DNA of 63,232 bases from Lysobacter sp. (GTDB lineage Bacteria; Pseudomonadota; Gammaproteobacteria; Xanthomonadales; Xanthomonadaceae). Location: NCBI GenBank assembly GCA_013362405.1, contig JABFWF010000157.1:1-63232 (forward strand). The letters are read 5' to 3'. Below the pieces are notes generated by a model. It had not been told where the DNA came from, searched no databases, and worked only from the letters and a program-made list of their open reading frames with translations. Shown here piece after piece: positions 36,699 through 49,423 of this stretch (position 1 is the stretch's first letter; each line of letters starts with the position of its first letter). The position numbers and the translations under genes are program-made.

Positions 36699-37790
36699 CT
36701 AGTGCTGGAACCAGGCGCCGCTGCCGGCGTAGCCGGCGGGCAGGGCGACCAGTGTGGCGTCGTCGACGCCGATGCGGCGGAGCGCATAGCGCGCGATGGT
36801 CAGCGACGGATCGGCGTAGGCGCGCAGGTTGGCGAGCACGTGGCTGTCGTCGCGCGACCAGGCCGCCGCGGCATAGGCGAGGTTGGAGACGCGCGCGCGC
36901 GTCACCCGCCGTGCGTTGTTGCCGTCGGCGTCCATCACGTAGAGCGGGTTGTAGTAGTGCAGGTCGGGACTGAATTCGTACACCTCGCCGGTGTAGGCGA
37001 TGCGGCGGCCGTCGTGCGACCACGCAGGCGCGTAGCCGGTGCCCACCGGCGTCTGCGTGCCGGTGGCGAAGTCGACCAGCAGCATCTGGTTGGGCACGAC
37101 GTCGGCGAACACGCCGTGCTGTCCGTCGGGCGAGATCGCGAGCGTGCGTTCCTCGTCCATGGTGGTATCGACGAGCGTGCGCGCCGCGCCGGTCGTCGCA
37201 TCGACGCTCCAGGCGAGGGCACGCCAGACCGGATCCAGGCGGCCGACATACACGCCGCCGCCGACCAGCACGCTGCGGCCGTCGGGCGACCATTGCGGTG
37301 ACGCCAGCTGCGTCGGACCGGCGGCGCAGAACAGGTCGCGCCGGTCGCGGCCGTCGGCCCGCATGACGCCGACGCACGCGCGGTCGTCGTAGGCGGCGAC
37401 GAAGGCGATGCGGCCATCGGTGTTCCACGCGGGCGCGGTGAAGTCGCCGGGCCCGTGGGTCAGGCGACGCAGGCGCTGGCCGTCGCGGGCGATGCTGTAG
37501 AGATCGTGGCGGGTGCGCGCTCGCTCGCGCACGCCGCGCTGGAAGGCGATCAGCGTGCCGTGCGGTGACCATGCCCCCGCCGCGTCGAAAATCCCGTCCA
37601 CCGTCGGCGTGAGCGCGCGCGTGCCTGCGGCCGACGTCAACCACAGGCCGCTCGCGCGCGGCGTGCCGTCGGCGTTCGATGGCGCGCGCGTGAACACGAT
37701 CGCATCGTCGCCGGAAGGCGCGGCCTGAGCGGCCGCGGACAGGAAGAGACACGCCACCAGCAGGTAGCGCAGGCAGGACAGGACACGCAT
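36699..37790 (-). CDS. TolB-like PD40/WD40 beta-propeller periplasmic protein
   Basis: Signal peptide and repeated W[ST]PDG-type blades (AWSPHGTLIAF, QWSPDGRSVLV, AISPDGQHGVF, AWSHDGRRIAY). Confidence 0.7.
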   Translation of the reverse strand: MRVLSCLRYLLVACLFLSAAAQAAPSGDDAIVFTRAPSNADGTPRASGLWLTSAAGTRALTPTVDGIFDAAGAWSPHGTLIAFQRGVRERARTRHDLYSIARDGQRLRRLTHGPGDFTAPAWNTDGRIAFVAAYDDRACVGVMRADGRDRRDLFCAAGPTQLASPQWSPDGRSVLVGGGVYVGRLDPVWRALAWSVDATTGAARTLVDTTMDEERTLAISPDGQHGVFADVVPNQMLLVDFATGTQTPVGTGYAPAWSHDGRRIAYTGEVYEFSPDLHYYNPLYVMDADGNNARRVTRARVSNLAYAAAAWSRDDSHVLANLRAYADPSLTIARYALRRIGVDDATLVALPAGYAGSGAWFQH

Positions 37791-38023
37791 GGAAACCCCC
37801 GATTTCGACTGCTTGGTTCGACGTGGGCCATGACGTGGCCGCACGCTGCCTATGAAGCGCGGCGGCGCCTCATGGCCAGGTGAAAAATCACGGGTGCCGT
37901 GCGCGCGCGTGATGCATGCGCTGAAGCGTTCACCCGCGCGGGGCCTGTCGCGACGGTGCCGCGCGTTCATCGCCGTGCCGTTATCCTGCGCATCACATGC
38001 AGGCGGATTCATCGGAGGCGGCC

Positions 38024-38290
38024 ATGGCCACCGGCTGGGCAGGCGACGGGGCGGTGCAGGAGCAGATCGATGCCACCATCAAGGACGGCATCCTGCGTGC
38101 GCGCAGCCAGTTGCCGCAGGGACCGGGCCTCGAGCACTGCGAGGAATGCGACGCGCCGATCCCCGAGGCACGGCGCAGGGCCGTGCCCGGCGTGCGCCTG
38201 TGCATCGCCTGCCAGGAAGCGCGCGATCGCGAGCAGTCCGTGTACAGCGGCTATAACCGTCGCGGCAGCAAGGACAGCCAGTTGCGCTGA
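38024..38290 (+). CDS. TraR/DksA-family C4 zinc-finger protein
   Basis: CEECDAPIPEARRRAVPGVRLCIACQ. GGAGG SD before the ATG at 38024. Confidence 0.75.
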   Translation: MATGWAGDGAVQEQIDATIKDGILRARSQLPQGPGLEHCEECDAPIPEARRRAVPGVRLCIACQEARDREQSVYSGYNRRGSKDSQLR

Positions 38291-38304
38291 GCTGCGCATC
38301 GCCT

Positions 38305-38763
38305 TCAGGCGAGCAGCGCCGCGAGCCGGTCGAGCAGCGGGGCTTGGCCGGCGAGGATGCGCACGCGCGCCGCATCGAGCGTGAACCACGCGTCGTGGTC
38401 GAGTTCCGGGAAGCTGGCTATGCGGCCGCTGCGTGCTGGCCATTCCATCTCGAAGGCGATGCTGCGCAGTGCCCGCGGGTCGAAGTCGCCGGCAAGCGCA
38501 TAGGCCTCCACCCACTTGCCGCCGCGCTGCCGGATGCCGCCGAGCGGTTGCAGTGGTCCATGCGCCGCGCAGCCGGTTTCCTCCTCGAACTCGCGCCGCG
38601 CCGCATCCTCCGCCTCCTCGCCGGGCGCGATGCCGCCCTTGGGGATCGTCCACGCGCCGAGGTCGCGGTGCCGCCAGTACGGGCCGCCCGGATGTCCGAG
38701 CAGTACTTCGATGCCCGCGTTGCCGCGGCGGTGGAGCAGGACGCCGGCGCTGCGCTCGGGCAA
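38305..38763 (-). CDS. NUDIX hydrolase
   Basis: Nudix box GGIAPGEEAEDAARREFEEETG. Confidence 0.8.
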   Translation of the reverse strand: MPERSAGVLLHRRGNAGIEVLLGHPGGPYWRHRDLGAWTIPKGGIAPGEEAEDAARREFEEETGCAAHGPLQPLGGIRQRGGKWVEAYALAGDFDPRALRSIAFEMEWPARSGRIASFPELDHDAWFTLDAARVRILAGQAPLLDRLAALLA

Positions 38764-38769
38764 GCGGCG

Positions 38770-39198
38770 CTAGACGCGTGCGGCGGCGAGCGCGCGCTCC
38801 TTGTACAGCAGGCGCACTTCGACCTGGTTGTGCACGCGCAGCAGCAGCTCGTCGAGGTCGACCGGCTTGCGCAGGAAATCGCGCGCGCCTCGCCGCAGCG
38901 CCTGCATCCGGTGGCCCGGTTCGCCGGTGAGCGCCACGACCGGCAGGTAGCCGTCGCGCTCGAATTCCTTCAGGCCTTCCATGACCTCGAACCCATCCAT
39001 GCTCGGCATCTGCACGTCGAGCAGGATCAGGTCGTAGTCGTGGCGCCGGTGCAGTTCAGGCACCGCGCGCGGGTCGCAGGTCGCGGTGACCGCGCCGTAG
39101 CCGTTGATGGCGAGCGTCTCGGCGATCAGCTGCACGGACTGCGGGTCGTCGTCGACCACCAGGATGCGCGCGGCGAGGATGTCGGTGGCGTCGATCAT
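38770..39198 (-). CDS. stand-alone response-regulator receiver protein
   Basis: ILVVDDD...DLILLDVQMPSMDGFEV...PVVALTG...FLRKP. No output domain. Confidence 0.8.
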   Translation of the reverse strand: MIDATDILAARILVVDDDPQSVQLIAETLAINGYGAVTATCDPRAVPELHRRHDYDLILLDVQMPSMDGFEVMEGLKEFERDGYLPVVALTGEPGHRMQALRRGARDFLRKPVDLDELLLRVHNQVEVRLLYKERALAAARV

Positions 39199-39313
39199 GG
39201 GCAGTCCACGAAAGATTCGTGCGCACCTTCTTCCCGCGGCGGTGAAACGCGAATGAAATCCCTCGCGTGATCGCATTCAGGCGATGCGCAGCCATGTTGC
39301 GGACAGGCGCGGA

Positions 39314-40075
39314 CTAGTCGTGCACCCGCCGGCGCACCAGCTCCTCGCGGTCGAGCTGCATGAGGTAACGGAACAGCTTGCGCTGCGTGGCGGCATCGAG
39401 ATCGACGAACTCGCAGCCCGCCTGCGCAAGCTCGCGGCCGCGGTGCTCGCGTTCGACCACGTGGCGCACGCGCAGGTCCACCACCACCTCGCCGAGTTCC
39501 GGCAGGGAGATCCGGCAGCCCGAGACCACGTCGCCGGAGGCGAAGTCGACCTGCTCGCGCGTGCCGAGCACGGCGAGGCCGCCGCCGCCGATGTCGCGGA
39601 TCGTGGCGTCGATCCACTGGCCGCTGCGTCCCGGCGCCGGGAAGCGGCAGGTCAGGGCGCCGGCCGGTGGTTCGCGCCGCATGAATTCGCGCCGCTGGAG
39701 GTGCAGCACGCGCGACGGTAACGGCAGCAGCAGCGCCGATCGCCCGGAATGGCTGGCCAGCTGCGCCGGCCCGCAGGCGAAGCGCAGCGCGACCCGCTCG
39801 AGGCTGCCTTCGAAGCGCAGCTGCGGCGCGTTGAGCCAGCGCAGCAGCGTCTCGTGGCCGGGCGGCACGTCGACCCAGAGCGACGCGTCCTCGACCTGCA
39901 GCAGCGCCGTCACCACGCTCTCGTGCGCGCCTTCCGCGTGCGCGACCAGCATGCAGCGGCTGTCGACCAGGCGCTGCAGGTGGCGACGGACGTCGGCCGC
40001 GTTGTAGACGAAGAACTTGTCGTAGCAGACGTCCCCGTCGGGTGGTACAGGCACGTGGCTGTCGGTCGCGTTCAT
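39314..40075 (-). CDS. YcgR-like PilZ-domain c-di-GMP receptor
   Basis: RREFMRREP ... DIGGGGLAV (the RxxxR and D/NxSxxG-type PilZ signatures), with an N-terminal YcgR-like domain. Confidence 0.75.
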   Translation of the reverse strand: MNATDSHVPVPPDGDVCYDKFFVYNAADVRRHLQRLVDSRCMLVAHAEGAHESVVTALLQVEDASLWVDVPPGHETLLRWLNAPQLRFEGSLERVALRFACGPAQLASHSGRSALLLPLPSRVLHLQRREFMRREPPAGALTCRFPAPGRSGQWIDATIRDIGGGGLAVLGTREQVDFASGDVVSGCRISLPELGEVVVDLRVRHVVEREHRGRELAQAGCEFVDLDAATQRKLFRYLMQLDREELVRRRVHD

Positions 40076-40411
40076 TGCTCCAGGTCTTGCGGCGGGCGGA
40101 TCGACCGGTGCGCATTCTCGCCGGGCAACCCGACGTGCGGGAGGCGGGACGATGCCACGTTTTTCGGCGCTGGTGCGGCATGTGGCACGCGGCACTGGCA
40201 ACGAGCGCGTGATCCCGACGTCCGGGTTATCGGCCGTCGTCCGCCGGGCTTGAACCGTCGTGCCGGCGTTGCGCTTTCATCAGCAGGGCGTCCGTCGATG
40301 CAGCCCCGGCCGTCGTGCCGGAGGGCCATCGGAACGCGGGCAAGCGGACGCGACGTCCCGCAGACATCCGGGGGCGTAGAGTCGCACGCTTGTCACGACG
40401 GCGGATCGACG

Positions 40412-41011
40412 ATGCGCACGGCGGGCTTGCTGGTGGTGAATGCGCTGCTGCTGCTCGCGCCTGGCGTGTCGTGCGGCCGCGAACCGGGAGGCGCCATGCC
40501 GCATGCATCCTCGTCTGCTTCCGCGCACGCGAAGGGAGCCCTGCAACTGCATTCGCCCGACTTCCGCGCCGACGGCACGCTGCCCGCGGCCCTGACCTGC
40601 GACGGAGCAGGGCGTTCGCCCGCACTGGAATGGTCGGGCGTGCCGACCGGGGCGCGCAGCCTTGCCCTGGTCGTCGATGATCCGGACGCGCCGGACCCGG
40701 CCGCACCGCAGCGCACCTGGGTGCACTGGGTGCTGTACGACTTGCCGCCCGACGGCAAGGGCCTGCCTGCGGGCGCAACCGCGGCGCAGCTACCCGCCGG
40801 CGCGCGCGAGGGACGCAACGACTGGCAGCGCAGCGGATTCGGCGCGCCGTGCCCGCCGAAAGGACGGCACCGCTACGTGCACACGCTGTACGCACTGGAC
40901 ACGGTGTTGCCGGACCTGCATGGGCCGGACAAGGCGACGCTGGTGCAGGCGATGGAAGGCCACGTGCTGGCGCAGGCGCGCCTGGTCGGTACCTACCAGC
41001 GGGTGCATTGA
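40412..41011 (+). CDS. YbhB/YbcL (PEBP/RKIP) family protein
   Basis: SPALEWSGVP..SLALVVDDPDAP..WVHWVLYDLP...PCPP.GRHRYVHTLYAL. Confidence 0.85.
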   Translation: MRTAGLLVVNALLLLAPGVSCGREPGGAMPHASSSASAHAKGALQLHSPDFRADGTLPAALTCDGAGRSPALEWSGVPTGARSLALVVDDPDAPDPAAPQRTWVHWVLYDLPPDGKGLPAGATAAQLPAGAREGRNDWQRSGFGAPCPPKGRHRYVHTLYALDTVLPDLHGPDKATLVQAMEGHVLAQARLVGTYQRVH

Positions 41012-41032
41012 GCCGCACCGGGGTTTCACAAA

Positions 41033-41063
41033 ACGAAAGCGCCCGCGATGCGGGCGCTTTCGT
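41033..41063. terminator. 14-bp stem hairpin between convergent genes
   Basis: ACGAAAGCGCCCGC-gat-GCGGGCGCTTTCGT. Confidence 0.55.
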
Positions 41064-41092
41064 TGCCTTGGAGCGATGAGATGAAATGAGCG

Positions 41093-41320
41093 TCAGCGAT
41101 TGCCGCCGCCACGGTTGCCGCTACTACCCTGGTTTCCACCCTGGCTGCCGCGGTGGCCGCCACCCGACGACTCGCCGCCCTTGCGGCCGATCTCGGACAT
41201 GTGCTCGCGATCGCGGCTGACCGCTTCGCCGCCCTTCTGCGCGATCTTGCGCTGCTTGTCGTCATCCATGCCGGCGAAGCCGCGTCCCGCGTTGTTGTCG
41301 GAACGATTGTTGGTGGCCAT
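41093..41320 (-). CDS. KGG-repeat general stress protein
   Basis: GFAGMDDDKQRKIAQKGGEA....MSEIGRKGGESSGG. Confidence 0.8.
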   Translation of the reverse strand: MATNNRSDNNAGRGFAGMDDDKQRKIAQKGGEAVSRDREHMSEIGRKGGESSGGGHRGSQGGNQGSSGNRGGGNR

Positions 41321-41458
41321 GCTGTCTCTCCTGAAGGTTCTTGCACGGCGCGCGGTGCGCCGCGTCCAGTCCAGACACCGGTTGCTCGTTGCCGTGGACG
41401 CCTCCGACTCTAGGGATGCACGCGTTAGCCGAGCGGCAGTATCGGGTTAAAGCACGGA

Positions 41459-42505
41459 TCACCTGCTTGAACCATTCAGACCAGCCGCAGCGTGCCATGC
41501 GCTTGGCGCGTGCCGCCTGCAGGGCAGGCAGGCGACCCGGCTGCTCCGCAATCGATCGCATCCGGGCACGGCACTTTTCAGCCCGCATGCGTGGTGCATC
41601 GTCCCGCCTGACGCGGCGGGCGCCGCTCGCTTCTTCGCGGCGTGCTTCCCAGGCGCCGTATTCTTCGCGGGCCTGCGCAACGGCGCTTTCGTCGCAGCCT
41701 TGCGTGCCGGCGGCGCAGCGGCCGCGTCGAGCACGACCCAGGTCGGCGCATGGTCGCTGGCGCCGTCGACCCCGCGCACCCAGCGGTCCACGCCTGCGTC
41801 GCGCAGGCGCGGCGCGAGCGCCGCGTTGAGCAGCAGGTGATCGATGCGCAGGCCGCCGTTGCGCTCCCAGTGCTGGCGGAAGTAGTCCCAGAAGGTGAAC
41901 ACCTTTTCGTCCGGATGCAGCGCGCGCAACGCGTCGACCCAGCCCTGGGCGAGCAGGCGCCGCCAGCATTCGCGCGTCTGCGGCTGCAGCAATGCGTCCT
42001 TCCTCCACGAGCGTGGGTTGTAGATGTCGAGCTCGTCGGTCGGCACCACGTTGTAGTCGCCGCACAACACCACCGGGTGGCCGCTGTCGCAGAGCGTCCG
42101 CGCATGGGCGATCAGGCGCTCGAACCACGCCAGCTTGTAGTCGAACTTAGGCCCGGGCTGCGGGTTGCCGTTGGGCAGGTACAGGCAACCGACGATGACG
42201 CCGTGCACGGCGGCTTCGATGTAGCGGCTGTGGGTGTCGTCGGGGTCGGCCGGCAGGCCGCGCCGGCTTTCCACCGGTTCGGCGCCGCGCGCGAGGATGG
42301 CCACGCCGTTCCACGAGCGCTGGCCGTGCCAGATCGCCCCGTAGCCCGCCGCGTGGATCGCGTCGACAGGAAACGCCTCGTCCGGCGCCTTCAGTTCCTG
42401 CAGGCAGGCGACGTCGGGGCGTTCGCGCGCCAGCCACGCCAGCAGCGGTTGCAGCCGCGAGCGGATGCCGTTGACGTTGAAGGTCGCGATCTTCAGCTGC
42501 GCCAT
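41459..42505 (-). CDS. xth: exodeoxyribonuclease III with a C-terminal basic extension
   Basis: MAQLKIATFNVNGIRSR...CLQELK...GDYNVVP...RIDHLL...SDHAP, followed by about 90 extra residues beginning with an Ala/Pro/Lys-rich stretch. Confidence 0.8.
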   Translation of the reverse strand: MAQLKIATFNVNGIRSRLQPLLAWLARERPDVACLQELKAPDEAFPVDAIHAAGYGAIWHGQRSWNGVAILARGAEPVESRRGLPADPDDTHSRYIEAAVHGVIVGCLYLPNGNPQPGPKFDYKLAWFERLIAHARTLCDSGHPVVLCGDYNVVPTDELDIYNPRSWRKDALLQPQTRECWRRLLAQGWVDALRALHPDEKVFTFWDYFRQHWERNGGLRIDHLLLNAALAPRLRDAGVDRWVRGVDGASDHAPTWVVLDAAAAPPARKAATKAPLRRPAKNTAPGKHAAKKRAAPAASGGTMHHACGLKSAVPGCDRLRSSRVACLPCRRHAPSAWHAAAGLNGSSR

Positions 42506-42543
42506 TCGCGTGCTGCCTGCGGGGCAAGCGCCGATCGTGGTGA

Positions 42544-46056
<3,513 letters not shown>

Positions 46057-46078
46057 TCGCCAGTCCCAGGTTTCAGCT

Positions 46079-46175
46079 CGTCATTCCCGCGAAGGCGGGA
46101 ATCCAGTGTCTCCCGACGTTGGCCATCGAGCGGAACACCCAAGTCGCTGGATTCCCGCTTTCGCGGGAATGACGG
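46079..46175. repeat. pair of inverted REP hairpins (BIME/MITE-like)
   Basis: GTCATTCCCGCGAAGGCGGGAATCCAG and, about 40 bp later, TGGATTCCCGCTTTCGCGGGAATGAC. Each forms a hairpin, and they are mutual reverse complements except for one loop base. Confidence 0.8.
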
Positions 46176-46204
46176 CATCAGAGAGCCCACGATCCGCCGT
46201 CCCC

Positions 46205-47788
46205 ATGACCGACCTCCACAGCGACAAGATCCTCATCCTCGACTTCGGCGCGCAGTACACGCAGCTGATCGCGCGCCGCATCCGCGAGATCGGCGTCTAC
46301 TGCGAGATCTGGGCGTGGGACCACGATCCGGCCGAGATCGCGAGATTCGCGCCGAAGGGCATCATCCTGTCCGGCGGTCCCGAATCGACGACGGCCGAAG
46401 GCGCGCCGCGCGCGCCACAGGACGTGTTCGAATCCGGGCTGCCGGTCCTCGGCATCTGCTACGGCATGCAGACGCTCGCGGCGCAGCTCGGGGGCGCGAC
46501 CGAAGCGGCCGACCAGCGCGAATTCGGCCACGCCACCGTCGAACTGGTGGCGCAGGACGCGCTGCTCGACGGCCTCAAGGACCACCCGGGTTCGCCGCCG
46601 CGCCTCGACGTGTGGATGAGCCACGGCGACCACGTCGCCGTCGCGCCGCCGGGCTTCATCGTCACCGCGCGCACCGCCCGCATCCCGGGCGCGGCGATGG
46701 CCAACGAAGACAGGCGCTGGTACGGCGTGCAGTTCCATCCGGAAGTCACGCACACCAAGTCCGGCCAGGCGCTGCTGCGCCGCTTCGTGGTCGACATCTG
46801 CGGCTGCCGCACGCTGTGGACCGCCGAGCACATCATCGAGGACCAGATCGCGCGCGTGCGCCAGCAGGTCGGCAGCGATGACGTCGTCCTCGGCCTGTCG
46901 GGCGGCGTCGATTCGTCCGTCGTCGCCGCGCTGCTGCACGAGGCGATCGGCGACCAGCTGACCTGCGTGTTCGTCGACACCGGCCTGCTGCGCTGGCAGG
47001 AGGGCGACCAGGTGATGGCGATGTTCGCCAGTGCGGCCGACAAGGGCGGCATGGGCGTCAAGGTCGTCCGCGTCAACGCGCGCGAACGCTACTTCAAGGC
47101 GCTGGAAGGCGTCGCCGATCCGGAAGCCAAGCGCAAGATCATCGGCAACCTCTTCGTCGAGATCTTCGACGAGGAGTCGGCAAAGCTGCGCAACGCGAGG
47201 TGGCTGGCGCAGGGCACGATCTATCCGGACGTGATCGAGTCGGCGGGCAGCAAGACCGGCAAGGCGCACGTCATCAAGAGCCACCACAACGTCGGCGGAC
47301 TGCCCGAGGACATGAAGCTCGGGCTCGTCGAGCCGCTGCGAGAGCTGTTCAAGGACGAAGTGCGGCGCCTGGGCGTCGAGCTCGGCCTGCCGCCGCACAT
47401 GGTCTACCGCCATCCGTTCCCGGGACCGGGCCTGGGCGTGCGCATCCTCGGCGAGGTGAAGCCCGAATATGCAGACCTGCTGGCGCGCGCCGACCAGATC
47501 TTCATCGACGAGCTGCGCAAGGCGGGCCTGTACGACAAGGTCAGCCAGGCGTTCGCGGTATTCCTGCCGGTGAAGTCGGTGGGCGTCGTCGGTGACGCGC
47601 GCGCCTACGAATGGGTGATCGCGCTGCGCGCGGTCGAGACCATCGACTTCATGACCGCGCACTGGGCGCACCTGCCGTACGACTTCCTCGACCTGGTCTC
47701 GCGCCGCATCATCAACGAGCTGCGCGGCGTGTCCCGTGTCGTCTACGACATCAGCGGCAAGCCGCCGGCGACGATCGAGTGGGAATAG
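46205..47788 (+). CDS. guaA: glutamine-hydrolysing GMP synthase
   Basis: [17 protein letters not shown]...GICYGMQ...LSGGVDSSV...ends PPATIEWE. Confidence 0.95.
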   Translation: MTDLHSDKILILDFGAQYTQLIARRIREIGVYCEIWAWDHDPAEIARFAPKGIILSGGPESTTAEGAPRAPQDVFESGLPVLGICYGMQTLAAQLGGATEAADQREFGHATVELVAQDALLDGLKDHPGSPPRLDVWMSHGDHVAVAPPGFIVTARTARIPGAAMANEDRRWYGVQFHPEVTHTKSGQALLRRFVVDICGCRTLWTAEHIIEDQIARVRQQVGSDDVVLGLSGGVDSSVVAALLHEAIGDQLTCVFVDTGLLRWQEGDQVMAMFASAADKGGMGVKVVRVNARERYFKALEGVADPEAKRKIIGNLFVEIFDEESAKLRNARWLAQGTIYPDVIESAGSKTGKAHVIKSHHNVGGLPEDMKLGLVEPLRELFKDEVRRLGVELGLPPHMVYRHPFPGPGLGVRILGEVKPEYADLLARADQIFIDELRKAGLYDKVSQAFAVFLPVKSVGVVGDARAYEWVIALRAVETIDFMTAHWAHLPYDFLDLVSRRIINELRGVSRVVYDISGKPPATIEWE

Positions 47789-47821
47789 GGTCCGCGGCCA
47801 TGCACTTCGGTTGCCTGGTTC

Positions 47822-47900
47822 CCGTTCGTGCTGAGCTTGTCGAAGCACATGCACGACCGCGCGCGACGCCAAAGCCGTTCATGCTGAGCTTGTCGAAGCA
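47822..47900. repeat. two direct copies of a REP-like unit upstream of the GIY-YIG ORF
   Basis: CCGTTCGTGCTGAGCTTGTCGAAGCAC (47822-47848) and CCGTTCATGCTGAGCTTGTCGAAGCAT (47874-47900). Confidence 0.8.
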
Positions 47901-47925
47901 TGGGCGGCCCGCGGAAGCCTGAGTC

Positions 47926-48819
47926 ATGGCGTTCTGGACCTACATCCTGCGCTGCGCAGACGGCTCGTATTACACGGGGCACACCGACAACCTGGAGCAG
48001 CGGATCGCCCAGCACCATGCCGGCGAAATTCCCGCCTGCTATACGGCGCCCCGGCGTCCGCTCGAGCTGGTGCGAGCCGAGGAATTCCCCACCCGCGAAG
48101 AGGCGCTGGCCGCCGAACAGCAGATCAAGGGCTGGAGCCGGGCGAAGAAGGAGGCGCTGATCGCCGGAGACTGGGAGCGACTGATCCTCGCGCGTTCGTC
48201 GCGTACCGATTCCGTTCATGGTTCGACAGGCTCACCACGAACGGAACCGGGTCGCTCGGCGCGAGCGGGTTCGGCAGGCTCACCACGAACGACTCCGGAC
48301 AGGCTGGCGAGCTCCGATGCGGGCGCTGTGTCGGACGCAGCCGCCGATCCAACCCATGACGAACACTGGATGCGCCATGCCCTCGCGCTCGCCGACCGCG
48401 CGCAGCACGAGGACGACGAGATTCCCGTCGGTGCAGTGCTGGTGTCGGCTGGCGGCGAGGTGCTTGGCGAAGGCTGGAACCGCAACATCACCGACCGCGA
48501 TCCCACCGCGCACGCCGAGATCGTCGCCATGCGCCAGGCAGGCGCGAGGCTCGGCAACCACCGCCTGCTCGGCAGCACCTTGTATGTGACGCTCGAACCC
48601 TGCGCGATGTGCGCGATGGCGATGGTGCATGCACGCATCGCGCGCGTCGTCTATGCCGCGGCCGATCCGAAGACCGGCGCCGCCGGCAGCGTCTTCGACC
48701 TGCTGGCGGATGCGCGACACAACCACCGTGTTGCGGTGCAGGGCGGCGTGCTGGCGGAGGGGGCGGGGCGCCGCCTGAGCAACTACTTCCGCACCAAGCG
48801 CGGCAAGCCGCCGCTCTGA
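47926..48819 (+). CDS. single ORF: GIY-YIG nuclease domain fused in frame to tRNA adenosine(34) deaminase
   Basis: N-terminal GIY-YIG domain (WTYILRCADGSYYTGHTDNLEQRIAQH...KGWSRAKK). A repeat-encoded linker follows. The C-terminus is TadA. There is no stop codon between the two parts. Confidence 0.6.
   Translation: MAFWTYILRCADGSYYTGHTDNLEQRIAQHHAGEIPACYTAPRRPLELVRAEEFPTREEALAAEQQIKGWSRAKKEALIAGDWERLILARSSRTDSVHGSTGSPRTEPGRSARAGSAGSPRTTPDRLASSDAGAVSDAAADPTHDEHWMRHALALADRAQHEDDEIPVGAVLVSAGGEVLGEGWNRNITDRDPTAHAEIVAMRQAGARLGNHRLLGSTLYVTLEPCAMCAMAMVHARIARVVYAAADPKTGAAGSVFDLLADARHNHRVAVQGGVLAEGAGRRLSNYFRTKRGKPPL
48212..48293. repeat. two inverted copies of the same REP-like unit downstream of the GIY-YIG domain
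   Basis: The reverse complements read CCGTTCGTGGTGAGCCTGTCGAACCATGAACGG and GTCGTTCGTGGTGAGCCTGCCGAACCC. They are related to the upstream units. Confidence 0.75.
48370..48819 (+). CDS. tadA: tRNA adenosine(34) deaminase (TadA portion; alternative independent start)
   Basis: WMRHALALADRA...EIPVGAVLV...HAEIVAMR...TLEPCAMCAMA (HAE and PCxxC zinc motifs). In-frame GTG at 48328 or ATG at 48370. Confidence 0.8.
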   Translation: MRHALALADRAQHEDDEIPVGAVLVSAGGEVLGEGWNRNITDRDPTAHAEIVAMRQAGARLGNHRLLGSTLYVTLEPCAMCAMAMVHARIARVVYAAADPKTGAAGSVFDLLADARHNHRVAVQGGVLAEGAGRRLSNYFRTKRGKPPL

Positions 48820-48903
48820 GTTCGCACGAAAGCACGGATCTTCTGCGGGATCGAAGCCGCAGGTCGCGGCTCATGCCATTCCTGCAGAGGAGCGCAGCCG
48901 GCG

Positions 48904-49395
48904 CTACGCCTCGCCGCGCCGCCGCGCGAGCTCCTGGTCCAGTTCCTCGTCGAAGCTGCGCACCGCCAGCGCGACTTCGCTGCCCAGCGCCACGCTCGCG
49001 CTGAGGAGGAACAGCACGCCCACCACGGCCAGCGCGGTCGGCACCGCGCCCAGGCGGAAGCTGAGAAAGGCGTCGAAGGCGAGGCCGAGGCTGGTGCCGA
49101 CGAAGCTGGCCAGGGCGCCGTAGAGCAGTTGGCACGCACGCAGGACGAGGTGCGCGCGTCGGCGGTGCCGGTTGATCTGCTGGTCGCGCACGGCGCGGTC
49201 CGGCGCGTCGTGCTCCCATGCGATGACGAGCTGGCGCAGGCGGTCGACCACGCGGGCGAGGCGGTTGTTCGCCGACACCAGCAGCGATGCGGTGGCCGCC
49301 ATCAGCAGGGCGGGGGCGAGCATCGCGGTGAGGATCGCGTAGTGGGAAGCCGACAGCGGCATGCGGGCAGGACGCAGCAGGGACTGGGCTATCAT
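48904..49395 (-). CDS. DUF2721-like membrane protein
   Basis: 163 aa with three hydrophobic helices and [13 protein letters not shown]. It is only the tail of the track ORF. Confidence 0.6.
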   Translation of the reverse strand: MIAQSLLRPARMPLSASHYAILTAMLAPALLMAATASLLVSANNRLARVVDRLRQLVIAWEHDAPDRAVRDQQINRHRRRAHLVLRACQLLYGALASFVGTSLGLAFDAFLSFRLGAVPTALAVVGVLFLLSASVALGSEVALAVRSFDEELDQELARRRGEA

Positions 49396-49423
49396 GCCGC
49401 CTCCCCCGTTGCCCCGCGAGCCC

